From the NCBI GenBank assembly GCA_944393605.1, contig CALYAO010000057.1, forward strand, positions 323 through 64,322: a stretch of DNA of 64,000 nucleotides, given 5' to 3'. Source of the stretch: an uncultured Clostridia bacterium (GTDB taxonomy: Bacteria; Bacillota; Clostridia; UBA1381; UBA9506). Every line of letters starts with the position of its first letter. The stretch's first letter is position 1. The notes under the pieces were generated by a model that had not been told where the DNA came from, searched no databases, and worked only from the letters and a program-made list of their open reading frames with translations. Of this stretch, positions 1 to 9,127 are shown one piece after another. Position numbers and translations under genes: made by a program.

Positions 1-81
1 GCCCGTTCCCACCGTCACTGGGTTTGGAGATTTTGACCGCCCCTCTGGTCATAAAATTTCTTAAAAACATTCATAAATAGG

Positions 82-110
82 TTGAATTTCTCCTAATAAT
101 GGTGTATAAT
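82..110 (+). promoter_or_regulatory. Sigma-A type promoter for the phd/doc module
   Basis: TTGAAT (82-87), 17-nt spacer, TATAAT (105-110), about 30 nt upstream of the AGGAGG RBS of the 143 ORF. Confidence 0.5.
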
Positions 111-142
111 ATAGATGAGACCATATGAAGGAGGAATGACTT

Positions 143-385
143 ATGAACGTCAATACGAAAAATCTTGTATCCATCACGGAAGCCAATCAAAACTTCTCTC
201 GCGTTGCCCGCATGGTTGATGAAAACGGTTCTGTCGTTATCTTAAAAAACAATTCGCCGCGTTACCTTCTGATAGAGTTTGAAAAGGCAGAAAAAGAACA
301 ACTGGCAGATAACGAAGACCTTCTTACCATTTCCAAACGTCTGATAGATAAAAATCGGGAGGCCTACGAGGTACTTGCCAAATGA
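143..385 (+). CDS. phd: Phd/YefM family type II antitoxin
   Basis: 80 aa. N-terminus VSITEANQNFSRVARMVDENGSVVILKNNSPRYLLIEF is typical of Phd/YefM. Its stop overlaps the start of the downstream Doc gene (ATGA). Confidence 0.85.
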   Translation: MNVNTKNLVSITEANQNFSRVARMVDENGSVVILKNNSPRYLLIEFEKAEKEQLADNEDLLTISKRLIDKNREAYEVLAK

Positions 386-759
386 TCATTTTATCAAAAG
401 AACAGATTATCGCTCTGCATTCTAACCTTATAGCGGAAACGGGCGGCAGCAACGGTATCAGGGATGAACATTTGCTTGAATCTGCGATCAATGCCCCGTT
501 CCAGACATTTGACAATGAGGAAGCCTTTCCATCAATCCAGCAAAAGGCAGCAAGGCTTGGATACGGCCTTGTTAAAAACCACGCTTTTGTTGACGGCAAT
601 AAACGGATCGGCGCACATGCAATGCTCGTGTTCCTTGCCCTTAATAAAATTGAATTGGAATATACGCAGACGGAACTTTCGGATACAATCCTCAAAGTTG
701 CCGCAGACGAATATTCTTTTGACGATTTATTAAAATGGATACTTGACCACCAGATGTAA
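382..759 (+). CDS. doc: Doc (death-on-curing) Fic-fold toxin
   Basis: 125 aa with the Doc-type Fic motif HAFVDGNKRIGA. Translationally coupled to the Phd-like ORF. Confidence 0.9.
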   Translation: MIILSKEQIIALHSNLIAETGGSNGIRDEHLLESAINAPFQTFDNEEAFPSIQQKAARLGYGLVKNHAFVDGNKRIGAHAMLVFLALNKIELEYTQTELSDTILKVAADEYSFDDLLKWILDHQM

Positions 760-761
760 TA

Positions 762-790
762 AAAAGCCGCTCATCCGATGCGGCTTTTGT
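762..790 (+). terminator. Rho-independent terminator after doc (hairpin shared with the 3' end of the convergent HNH gene)
   Basis: Stem AAGCCGC (764-770) / GCGGCTT (780-786) followed by a T-run. Confidence 0.6.
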
Positions 791-1142
791 TATGCCATCT
801 GTCCCCTTCTTTTGCCGTAATCCTCGAATGGCACTCCTTGCAAAGGCTCATGAGGTTACTGTCATCGTGGGTGCCGCCTTGAGACAGCGGCTTGATGTGG
901 TGTACCTCCTCGGCAGGGGTGATCCGTCCTTGCTTCTTACACATCTCACACAATGGATGCTCTGCAATATGCCTGTCTCGGATGCGTTTCCACGCTCTGC
1001 CGTACCTGCGGCGCACAGCTGGGTCTCGGTCGTACTTCTCGTAGCGTTTGTTCTCTTGCTTTTGATGTTCCTCACAGAACCTGCCGTCCGTAAGCTTCGG
1101 GCAGCCGGGATGGGAGCACGGGCGCTTTGGTTTTCTTGGCAT
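771..1142 (-). CDS. Phage HNH endonuclease
   Basis: CEMCKKQGR...EVHHIKPLSQGGTHDDSNLMSLCKECHSRIT is a classic HNH motif with flanking CxxC pairs. Start set at MPRKPKRP (ATG 1142) rather than the longest ORF. Confidence 0.85.
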   Translation of the reverse strand: MPRKPKRPCSHPGCPKLTDGRFCEEHQKQENKRYEKYDRDPAVRRRYGRAWKRIRDRHIAEHPLCEMCKKQGRITPAEEVHHIKPLSQGGTHDDSNLMSLCKECHSRITAKEGDRWHNKSRIG

Positions 1143-1268
1143 ACCTATTAACCTCCGTTCGTGCATAAAGAAAGCCCTGCAAGTTTTCACCTGCAAGGCT
1201 CCTATCTGTTTTTAATTACATTTCCACTATTGGTAGTATACCACTTATCAACTGTGAATTCAAGGGAA

Positions 1269-1916
1269 TTATAGTGAATTCGTGTGAACTCTTTTACGAT
1301 GTTTTAATACTGCTGTAATTCCTTTCATAAGTCTCGTTACATTCATGTTAACGCATTCTGTTTTTATATGAACCACCTCGTAGCCACTGCCCAATTTATT
1401 TTTTATCAATTCATCGCGAATATCTGATTGCTTTTTATTTTCCAACCTATGGAACGGTTCTCCGTCAATTTCTAAGGCGATTTGCAAGGATGGAATTACG
1501 AAATCCACACTATAGTTAAATACTTTTACTTGATGATAGAATTTAATTTCCTGTTTGGCAAGTTCCAAAGCCACCATAATCTCCTCGGTGCTCTGGAACC
1601 ATCCGCGACGTGACAGCAACGGTTTTATGAGTTTGATAGCACTTTCATAATTTTTTATATCTGTTACCTTACCTATTCTTTTAAGCGCTGATTCAAACTT
1701 GCGTTCTTTTTTAGTGAGTATAACGCTACTGCTTTTATCGTGCCTGAATTTGACAAGTTCTTTTCGACACTCATTACAGACATATTTTTTTCCGCGAGTA
1801 TAACCCCATGACGGAACTTCAACTCCGCAGATATCACATTTTGGATAATACCAACTAAATCCGTTTCTATCTTTTCTTGAACATATATTATCTTCCAGTG
1901 CTTCTTTATGGCTCAA
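1269..1916 (-). CDS. Zn-ribbon plus DUF559/Vsr-like PD-(D/E)xK endonuclease-domain protein
   Basis: N-terminal CDICG...CNEC zinc ribbon. C-terminal YSVDFVIPSLQIALEIDGEPFHRLENKKQSDIRDELIKNKLGSGYEVVHI matches the DUF559 pattern (DF...E.DG..H...D..R...L...G). Start overlaps the upstream stop (ATGA). Confidence 0.6.
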   Translation of the reverse strand: MSHKEALEDNICSRKDRNGFSWYYPKCDICGVEVPSWGYTRGKKYVCNECRKELVKFRHDKSSSVILTKKERKFESALKRIGKVTDIKNYESAIKLIKPLLSRRGWFQSTEEIMVALELAKQEIKFYHQVKVFNYSVDFVIPSLQIALEIDGEPFHRLENKKQSDIRDELIKNKLGSGYEVVHIKTECVNMNVTRLMKGITAVLKHRKRVHTNSL

Positions 1917-2335
1917 ATCGATTCCTCCTTAGCCATGATTTTATCGAGATTAATTAATGCGCGTGAATGAAGAATATGGATCCATCTGGTTGTATAATGC
2001 ATTTCAAACGCAATCTTTTCCCAGGGCTGATCCTCAAAATACCGTTTCAAAAGCACGGTTTGCTGTTCAAACACTTCAATTTTGCCAATCAAATCCAATA
2101 TTTGAATCTTTAACAGCGTCAAACCGGCGGTTTCTTTTTCCACCTCTTTTTGCAAATCAACAATTTTGCATATGGTATTTGCCATTTTATCAGTTGTATT
2201 TTTGGCTTTTGGAATATCACTTATGGTTGATGTACAATTTGCAGCCATGTTTTTTAAGATTTTTATCTGTTCAATCTTTGTGTTTATATTTTGTTCCTTA
2301 ACCAGTATCTCATTTAAGCATTCTTTGCTTGTCAT
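1913..2335 (-). CDS. DUF1492-like phage transcriptional regulator (sigma-70 region 4-like)
   Basis: C-terminus VLLKRYFEDQPWEKIAFEMHYTTRWIHILHSRALINL resembles a sigma region 4 HTH as seen in DUF1492 phage regulators. GGAGG RBS 8 nt before ATG 2335. Confidence 0.55.
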   Translation of the reverse strand: MTSKECLNEILVKEQNINTKIEQIKILKNMAANCTSTISDIPKAKNTTDKMANTICKIVDLQKEVEKETAGLTLLKIQILDLIGKIEVFEQQTVLLKRYFEDQPWEKIAFEMHYTTRWIHILHSRALINLDKIMAKEESI

Positions 2336-3689
2336 GTACCGTACCTCCAATCTCCGCTTTTACCGCTTCAATCAATGCGGTCTGCGTTTGTTTTTTATCG
2401 CGTAATGCCTTCATGATTTTTTCATCCACTGTGTTTTCGGTCAAAATGTGGTGGATCACCACGGTTTCCGCTTTCTGTCCCTGCCGCCACAGTCTGCCAT
2501 TGGTTTGCTGGTAAAGTTCGAGACTCCAGGTAACACCAAACCAAATCAAGGTTGAACCGCCGCTCTGGAGGTTCAAGCCATGTCCGGCGGAGGCGGGATG
2601 AATAACGGCAACGGGGATAACACCGTTGTTCCAATCACTTATGTCTTTTGAGCTTTGCAGCTCCCGTACAGCAAACTGCTGTTTGATCCTCTCAAGGTCA
2701 TGCTTGAACCAGTAGGCTATAAGCACCGGCTTGCCGTTTGATGCTTCAATTAAATCCTCCAGAGCCTCTAGCTTTCTGCTATGGATATTGATTACGTTCT
2801 TGTCTGCGTCATACACCGCGCCGTTTGCCATCTGGGACAGCTTATTTGAAAGTGCCGCCGCATTTCCGGCATCGATTTCACTGCCGCCAATCTGTAGGAC
2901 AAGGTTTTTCTTTAGTCCATCATAGATTTTCCGCTCACTGCCGGATAATCGAACGCGTACTTCATTGATCACGCATTCGGGCATTTTGAGGTAATCGGTG
3001 CTTTTCATCGAAATGGTAATATCCGATATCCGCCTGTAAATCTCTTCATCTGCACCCTCTTTAGGCTTATAGGAAAAGATGACCTGCCCGTTTCGCTTAT
3101 CCGGCAAAAAGAACTCATCCCGGTAATGGGTGATGAATCTCCCCAGCCGTTTCCCCATGTCAAGGATTCGGAACTCCGCCCACAAATCCATCAACCCGTT
3201 GGAGGAAGGAGTTCCGGTAAGGCCCACCACGCGTTTGACAAAAGGACGGACTTTCATCAGACTTTTGAACCGTTTTGATTGATGGCTTTTGAAGGATGAC
3301 AGCTCATCGATAACCACCATATCGTAGTCGAACGGAATCCCGCTTGATTCAACAAGCCAGCTCACATTTTCGCGGTTGATAATATATACGCTGGCAGGTT
3401 TTTGAAGCGCCGCTCTTCGCTCGGCTTCCGTACCAATTGCAACGGAATATGTAAGACCTTTTAAGTGGTCCCATTTATTGATTTCCGCACTCCATGTGTT
3501 TCTTGCGACTCGCAGCGGGGCAATCACAAGAACCTTACGGATTTCGAAGCGGTCAAGACACAGTTCAAAAACGGCGGACAATGTAATAACGCTCTTGCCA
3601 AGCCCCATATCTAAGAGGATCGCGGACACCGGATGCGTCTCAATGAAATCCGTTGCAAAGGTCTGGTATTCATGTGGATTGTATTTCAC
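2310..3689 (-). CDS. SNF2-family DNA helicase (phage replication/recombination)
   Basis: Walker A LDMGLGKS, motif II VVIDELSSF, and C-terminal helicase motifs (GLNLQ, QQTNGRLWRQGQ). Confidence 0.9.
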   Translation of the reverse strand: MKYNPHEYQTFATDFIETHPVSAILLDMGLGKSVITLSAVFELCLDRFEIRKVLVIAPLRVARNTWSAEINKWDHLKGLTYSVAIGTEAERRAALQKPASVYIINRENVSWLVESSGIPFDYDMVVIDELSSFKSHQSKRFKSLMKVRPFVKRVVGLTGTPSSNGLMDLWAEFRILDMGKRLGRFITHYRDEFFLPDKRNGQVIFSYKPKEGADEEIYRRISDITISMKSTDYLKMPECVINEVRVRLSGSERKIYDGLKKNLVLQIGGSEIDAGNAAALSNKLSQMANGAVYDADKNVINIHSRKLEALEDLIEASNGKPVLIAYWFKHDLERIKQQFAVRELQSSKDISDWNNGVIPVAVIHPASAGHGLNLQSGGSTLIWFGVTWSLELYQQTNGRLWRQGQKAETVVIHHILTENTVDEKIMKALRDKKQTQTALIEAVKAEIGGTVHDKQRMLK

Positions 3690-3951
3690 TTAATACCCCT
3701 CCAATCGCTTCTATGCTGTCAATAACATAAACCTTAAAGCCCAGACCTTCTAACTGCCGTTTTCTGTATTCCTGCAAGGGCCGCATTTGTTTTCCCGGCG
3801 CTTTCAGTTCCGCAAATGCCAGTTTGCCGTTTGGCAGGAGGATGATGCGGTCAGGCACCCCATCATAACCCGGCGATACAAATTTCAGGCAAAGACCGCC
3901 GTGTTTCTTAATTGTCCGGGTCAATTTCTGTTCAATCGTTTTTTCTCGCAT
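3670..3951 (-). CDS. VRR-NUC domain nuclease
   Basis: GYDGVPDRIILLPNGKLAFAELKAPGKQMRPLQEYRKRQLEGLGFKVYVI is the VRR-NUC PD-(D/E)xK signature. GGGAGG RBS upstream of ATG 3951. Confidence 0.8.
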   Translation of the reverse strand: MREKTIEQKLTRTIKKHGGLCLKFVSPGYDGVPDRIILLPNGKLAFAELKAPGKQMRPLQEYRKRQLEGLGFKVYVIDSIEAIGGVLSEIQST

Positions 3952-4169
3952 TCCACATATTCCTCCCAGCATTCCTCAAAAGCCTCATAACAGGCAGAAC
4001 ACGCTCTTCGTTTCTCTAAATAATCATGAATCAATCCATGCCATCTGTTAAATTTGCAAGAGCGGTTTTTGGGGAAATCCATGCCATCCCGCTTTATATC
4101 CCTTGCAAGATCGCCTTTGGCAGAGGCTTCAGTCAAGTAATTCCTCATCATGTATGTATAAAATGTCAT
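3921..4169 (-). CDS. YozE SAM-like small phage protein
   Basis: MTFYTYMMRNYLTEASAKGDLARDIKRDGMDFPK resembles the YozE_SAM_like family. GGAGGG RBS 7 nt before ATG 4169. Confidence 0.45.
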   Translation of the reverse strand: MTFYTYMMRNYLTEASAKGDLARDIKRDGMDFPKNRSCKFNRWHGLIHDYLEKRRACSACYEAFEECWEEYVECEKKRLNRN

Positions 4170-4206
4170 TTGTCGTCCCTCCATGTTCTTATACACTAAA
4201 AATCCC

Positions 4207-4220
4207 TATACGCGCGTATA
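4207..4220. repeat. Perfect 14-bp palindrome TATACGCGCGTATA in a phage intergenic region
   Basis: Read directly from the sequence. Lies in a 224-nt noncoding gap between the YozE-like and VirE-like genes. Confidence 0.8.
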
Positions 4221-4285
4221 TATGCGTTTGCGTACCATTTTCTTCTATTTCCTTTTACTTTACTTTTAATAGTTAATATTAGGAA

Positions 4286-4343
4286 CATAAGAACAGCGGT
4301 TAAAAAACAGCAAGCTGCATAAGGGGCTTCCGCTGTTCTTATG
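4286..4343. repeat. Long inverted repeat (14-bp stem, ~30-nt loop) just downstream of the VirE-like gene
   Basis: CATAAGAACAGCGG (4286-4299) pairs perfectly with CCGCTGTTCTTATG (4330-4343). No clear T-run follows on the minus strand. Confidence 0.7.
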
Positions 4344-4419
4344 ATGTGTTCCAAAAGTGGGAAACGGGTTCAATTCACCTTTTCAAGAACCGTTCTTAAA
4401 AAGGAATGTTCTCAAAAAT

Positions 4420-6750
4420 TTAGTTGGTTTCAGCCTTAGGTACATAAATATATTGTGGACCATAAAGCGGTACACGCTGTTTTGTTTCTTTGCGTTTCCA
4501 CCCCATCTTTGAGAGGATGGCAATCAGCTCGTTTGAATCAGAACGCCTTAAGTTTGCCCGCTCTTTCCCGAAACACTCGCACCATATTTCCATATTTGTG
4601 ACCGAGGTTCTGACGACTGTACCGGTATGTGTATCGCCGCCAAACTCGCTGCCATTTAAGAAATTCCTGCGTTCATATAAAGACATATTGTCCCATTCAG
4701 CCGGAAGCAGGGTTTCAAGGTAATCACGAACCAAACCTTCCCGTTCATCGGACTCCATCGCCTCCCGTTGTTCCGCTTTGGCGAGAGACTCAAGTTCAGG
4801 CGAAAGGTGGAGCGTTTCGCCGTTTTTCACATAAACCATAACCTCCGCCCATATTTGGTCGATGTCATTCTGCGTCATATCCCATGAATGCTTAACGCCT
4901 GTGCCGGGAGTCTTTATAGGCCAGAAGCGGCGGTTCCCGGTGGTGTCGCGCAAATACCCTGACTCCGCGTTGGTTGTTCCAAAGAACACACATTGACGCG
5001 GGTGTGGCGTGGCCCTTCTGCCGAAAGAAGCACGGTATACATCGTTTTGCCTTGAGAGGAAGGAGCGCAGCGTTTCCACTTCGGCTTTGCGAAGGCCGGC
5101 AAGCTCACCGATTTCCATGATCCAATATCCCTGCAGTTTCTCAGCGGCAGTCTTGTCCTTGGTATCGCTTAAGTTTAAGCTGTCGGAAAACCATTCGCCG
5201 GCGAGTTTGGAAATCAAAGTACTTTTACCGACGCCTTGCGGGCCGTTTAGCACTAGCATGGAGTCAAACTTACAGCCGGGGTTCATTACACGGCATACAG
5301 CCGCGCATAGGATTTTGCGTGTAACAGCACGGACATACTCGTTGTCTTCGGCTCCGAGGTAGTCCACAAGCAGGGTGTCAACCCTCAATTCGCCGTCCCA
5401 TTCAGGCAGGCTTGAGAGATATTCCCGGATGGGGTGATAGGAGCGGTCATCGGCTACTTTAGTTACGGCAATCTCATAATTCCGTGCCGAGAAGGTCCCG
5501 TATCGTGAGTCGATATAACTGATGAGCTGCGCGTCATCTGCATCGCGCCAGTATTTAGAAGGGTGATTCCACGGAACCCGGCCTTTGATTTCCATGCCGT
5601 CCAGCTGCTGGTTAAAAACAATGGCTTTCAGGTTCGGATCGTTTTCGAGGATTAAGCGAAGGTTACCGAGGGTGTTTTTAACCACCATTGTGCGCGGCTC
5701 GTACTCAAGCCTTGCCTCCCAATCGGCATCATCCTCGGTAAAGTCAGAAACCGCCTCGCATTTCCGTTCCTCTAAAATTGTCTGCTTTACTCTTTCATCC
5801 TTTATGGCAAAATCGGCCATTGCTTTAAAACCCGTTTTTTCGTCAGAGTCTTTAAACTTATGGACGCGCACTACATCAAAGGCATTCAGCAACTGGCCGC
5901 TTGCAGGATCGGTTGCATGATGTGAGTACGCAAATTTGTCATCGTAAATGACAACACCGGCGCTGCTGTCGGCAGGGATGTAGTCGTATCTGCCTGGGGC
6001 TGCCGAAGGTGCATATATGCCGGAGAGAAACTTATCGATTGCTTCGGTTACCGTATATGTACGGCAGAATGTACCCACGATCCCGTCTTTGGTTAATGGA
6101 TCTGCCTGCGCCTTTACCGTTCTTTTTATTACCTCCGATTGCCTCGACGAAACCGGCCAGGTGCTCACATCACGCCAGTCATGATAGCGGGCAAGATAAC
6201 TGTCCGGGTCGAGTAAGGCTCCAGCCTTCATATCACTGAAAAATACACCGTTTACCGGAGTGGAAGGCCAGTACATCAATCGGCACGGCTCGTAGGTTGT
6301 GTCATCAAACAAATCCATGCCGATATCCTGAGCCACCATTCTGCCAACCGCTGGGTACTCGTCTTCCGATATATCGCGGGAAAGGGGGATGATAAGCCGC
6401 AGTCTCGGATGTTCCTCGGTGTGTTTATGCGTAGAATATACGCAGCATTTAAAATCATAGAGCAGCTTTATCTGCTCCCAGATATCGGGCGTGGCATAGT
6501 CCATATCCAGCGTCAGCATACTGCGGCATAAGACATACCCGTTTCTGCGCCTGCCTTCTTTTAAGTGACCGCCGACAAAACCGCCCACATCCTTGATATT
6601 ATCCTGCTGTCCCTTTTTCATTTTTCTGTATTCCTCAACAGTCTCGGTAGTGCGGAGTGTACTGCTTATTTTCAGGCAAAAATCCTCCCAGGAAATTTCT
6701 CGGTTTTTCCATTTCTTATCTGTACGCCTGTTGCCGGTTGCTATCTTCAT
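4420..6750 (-). CDS. Phage primase-helicase (primase-like N-terminal domain plus VirE/P-loop ATPase)
   Basis: 776 aa. Walker A LNGPQGVGKST, Walker B-like YWIMEIGEL, and VirE-type C-terminal half. N-terminal LTLDMDY...STHKHTEEHPRLRLIIPL resembles primase/polymerase catalytic motifs. Confidence 0.8.
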   Translation of the reverse strand: MKIATGNRRTDKKWKNREISWEDFCLKISSTLRTTETVEEYRKMKKGQQDNIKDVGGFVGGHLKEGRRRNGYVLCRSMLTLDMDYATPDIWEQIKLLYDFKCCVYSTHKHTEEHPRLRLIIPLSRDISEDEYPAVGRMVAQDIGMDLFDDTTYEPCRLMYWPSTPVNGVFFSDMKAGALLDPDSYLARYHDWRDVSTWPVSSRQSEVIKRTVKAQADPLTKDGIVGTFCRTYTVTEAIDKFLSGIYAPSAAPGRYDYIPADSSAGVVIYDDKFAYSHHATDPASGQLLNAFDVVRVHKFKDSDEKTGFKAMADFAIKDERVKQTILEERKCEAVSDFTEDDADWEARLEYEPRTMVVKNTLGNLRLILENDPNLKAIVFNQQLDGMEIKGRVPWNHPSKYWRDADDAQLISYIDSRYGTFSARNYEIAVTKVADDRSYHPIREYLSSLPEWDGELRVDTLLVDYLGAEDNEYVRAVTRKILCAAVCRVMNPGCKFDSMLVLNGPQGVGKSTLISKLAGEWFSDSLNLSDTKDKTAAEKLQGYWIMEIGELAGLRKAEVETLRSFLSRQNDVYRASFGRRATPHPRQCVFFGTTNAESGYLRDTTGNRRFWPIKTPGTGVKHSWDMTQNDIDQIWAEVMVYVKNGETLHLSPELESLAKAEQREAMESDEREGLVRDYLETLLPAEWDNMSLYERRNFLNGSEFGGDTHTGTVVRTSVTNMEIWCECFGKERANLRRSDSNELIAILSKMGWKRKETKQRVPLYGPQYIYVPKAETN

Positions 6751-7178
6751 TTTGGCACCTCCTTACATCCCTCTGTGAAGTATCGGATCGGCTGCCCCTT
6801 GCGCTTTGCGTTTTCAATTTCAATGCCCATACCTTTCGTAATGTTTCCGCCGAACACCCACAGCTGTGCACACTTGGACAACAGCGCAATGTCCATAAAA
6901 AGCGCGAGACGGCGTTCATCTGTATCCTTATCATTCATAAACTGCGGAAACAGCAAGTGCGGCGCAAGGGGAATGTATCCGCTGTCAACCGCAAAACGGC
7001 AGTATCTGCGGGCGTTCTCTGCGTTGCGTTCCACATTTCCGGAAAATGGGGAGCAGATATTTACCACCGGCCGATAGGGCTGACGGTATTTCTCTTTTTC
7101 TATTTTTGTCAGGGCTTCATACGGAGTAGGGTCATGATAGCCCTCCGGGTTAAATTTATTTACGCTCATATTTTTCAT
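6747..7178 (-). CDS. DUF4406 / nucleoside 2-deoxyribosyltransferase-like protein
   Basis: 143 aa. NICSPFSG...YIPLAPHLLFPQF...LSKCAQLWVFGGNITKGMGIEIENAKRKG resembles the DUF4406 Rossmann-like family. Start and stop overlap the flanking genes. Confidence 0.45.
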   Translation of the reverse strand: MKNMSVNKFNPEGYHDPTPYEALTKIEKEKYRQPYRPVVNICSPFSGNVERNAENARRYCRFAVDSGYIPLAPHLLFPQFMNDKDTDERRLALFMDIALLSKCAQLWVFGGNITKGMGIEIENAKRKGQPIRYFTEGCKEVPK

Positions 7179-9127
7179 CAGTCCTTTCTGTAGAAATCAC
7201 ATACATATCCGTCGGCGCGGAGCAGGAGGCCGCCCGCCCATACCGGCGTTTGTCCCATGATGAAACAAATATCTTCAAGAGATGATGCCGTCGGCGCTTC
7301 AATCACAACCTCATCGTGTATATGCATTACGATTTTGTATCCGGCCTTATCAAGGCGCAGCATGGCTTCGGCAAGGATATCCCTTGCAATTGCCTGCACA
7401 ATGTTTTCCACGAATTTCGGACCGTAGCTTTCAATCCGCTCCCATTTCTTTGCCGTACCGATGCCTTCATAGGTAACAGCTTCACCACCGAATTTGTTTT
7501 CACCTATTCTCGGCTTCACATAAGCAAGCCGTCTGCCGGAGGGCAGGACAATAAATAGGATACCGCTTTGATACATAAACCTTATGCCGTGTGCCTGTGT
7601 CGTGGTTTTCTGCTTCACACAGTCTTTGACCGCACGGTCAACCGCCCACCACAGCTGTACGATTTGGGGGTTGGCCTGCCGCCATGCATCCACCAGCGGT
7701 TTGAGTTCTTCTTCCGCAAGCCCCATCTGCAGTGCCCCCATCGATTTTAATGCTCCGACTGATCCGCCGTAGCCGAGTGCAAGTTCCGCAATTTTTCCCT
7801 TCTGCCTTAAATGACCGTTGACGCCATGCTTTTCTACCGGGACATGGAACATTTGAGATGCGGAGGCGCAGTAAATATCGCCGCCATCTGCAAACACCTG
7901 CTGTCTCCAATGTTCGCCTGCAAGCCACGCGATTACCCGTGCTTCAATAGCCGAGAAATCCGCCACATAAAAACGGCAGCCCGGTTTGGGGATGAACGCG
8001 GTTCGAATAAGTTCTGAGAGCACTGTCGGAACAGAGTCATAGAGCATTTCCGCCGCCTCGAACTGCCCGTTTCGAATCAGTGTACGGGCCTGTTCTAAAT
8101 CCGGCAGATGATTTTGGGGCAGATTTTGTACTTGGATAAGCCGCCCCGAATAGCGCCCGGTTCTGTTTGCTCCGTAGAACTGTATCAATCCCCGTGCTCG
8201 GCTGTCAGAGCCGACCACGGTTTCCATTGCGGTGTATTTCTTGACGCTACTTTTCGCCAGTTCCCGGCGTAGCATAAGTGCCTGTTTTGCTTTGTTCTGC
8301 GCCTTTTCTAAAAGCTCCGCCACAGCGTTTTTGGATAATGAATCGGTTGTAATGCCATTTCGACACAGCCATTCCTTCAACTGCGTCGGAGAGTTTGGAT
8401 TTTCAAGTCCTGTAATCCTGCGGGCAAGCGCCATGTTGTTTTCTTTGAAAGAAACGTCACAGGCAATCGCCTGCTTTACCAGTCTGCGGTCGAGCATAAT
8501 GCCCCGGTCGTTGATTTGCTGGTCAAGCAGATAATTTTCCCATTCAGCATCGGGAACAGGAAATTTTGAGAGCCGTTTCTGAATCCCCATTTCCGTTTCA
8601 ACATCGCGGAGATTGTATGACTTAAAAGCCTCCCAACGTTGCGGATCATCCGCAGGAAGATGCCGGCATAGCGTTCCGTCTTTTTGTTTGGCCAGCGTAC
8701 AGAAATACCGGATGAGGTCTTTGCCTTCCTTGAGTTTTTGCTTTTCAAGGCCAAGAACTGTGCCTACGCCTTCCAAGGACAGCGGCAGCCCCAGCGTTGC
8801 CGCCCATACCATCGTACAGCGCCATGAAGAGGGATCAAGATACCTACCAGCAGGCAAGTTCAGATACCGTGACAGACACACCCGTTCAAACTGCGCGTTA
8901 AACGCCCATTTGAGGACTGCCGGATCAGTAATCGCCGACAACACTTCATACGGAAGTTGCTCACCATTTGCCAGGTCTATCACCCGTGGCGCATCGCCGT
9001 CTATGGAATAGCCGAACAGAAGTATTTCAAAATCATCACTTTCGCTGTAACGATATACGCCGGATTTTGCAAGATTTACAGACGAAAATGTCTCAATATC
9101 ACAACTTAAACTGCTTATTTTAGCCAT
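7178..9127 (-). CDS. Family A DNA polymerase with N-terminal 3'-5' exonuclease domain
   Basis: Exo I CDIETFS, motif A DFSAIEARVIAW, motif B KGKIAELALGYGGSVGAL, motif C HIHDEVVIE, and the RTGRYSGRLIQVQNLP motif. Confidence 0.92.
   Translation of the reverse strand: MAKISSLSCDIETFSSVNLAKSGVYRYSESDDFEILLFGYSIDGDAPRVIDLANGEQLPYEVLSAITDPAVLKWAFNAQFERVCLSRYLNLPAGRYLDPSSWRCTMVWAATLGLPLSLEGVGTVLGLEKQKLKEGKDLIRYFCTLAKQKDGTLCRHLPADDPQRWEAFKSYNLRDVETEMGIQKRLSKFPVPDAEWENYLLDQQINDRGIMLDRRLVKQAIACDVSFKENNMALARRITGLENPNSPTQLKEWLCRNGITTDSLSKNAVAELLEKAQNKAKQALMLRRELAKSSVKKYTAMETVVGSDSRARGLIQFYGANRTGRYSGRLIQVQNLPQNHLPDLEQARTLIRNGQFEAAEMLYDSVPTVLSELIRTAFIPKPGCRFYVADFSAIEARVIAWLAGEHWRQQVFADGGDIYCASASQMFHVPVEKHGVNGHLRQKGKIAELALGYGGSVGALKSMGALQMGLAEEELKPLVDAWRQANPQIVQLWWAVDRAVKDCVKQKTTTQAHGIRFMYQSGILFIVLPSGRRLAYVKPRIGENKFGGEAVTYEGIGTAKKWERIESYGPKFVENIVQAIARDILAEAMLRLDKAGYKIVMHIHDEVVIEAPTASSLEDICFIMGQTPVWAGGLLLRADGYVCDFYRKD

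Noticed and set aside
1-52. Start of a further minus-strand ORF (MTRGAVKISKPSDGGNG...) running off the left edge, possibly the next phage gene (terminase small subunit?).
   Set aside because: Only 17 codons are visible, with no clear RBS and no recognisable motif. It is too short to call as a feature. It is mentioned only as context for the Phd/Doc moron.
324-733. ORFs 324-695 (-) and 464-733 (+) overlapping the doc gene.
   Set aside because: They are fully contained within the well-supported Doc ORF, and they have no RBS and no motifs.
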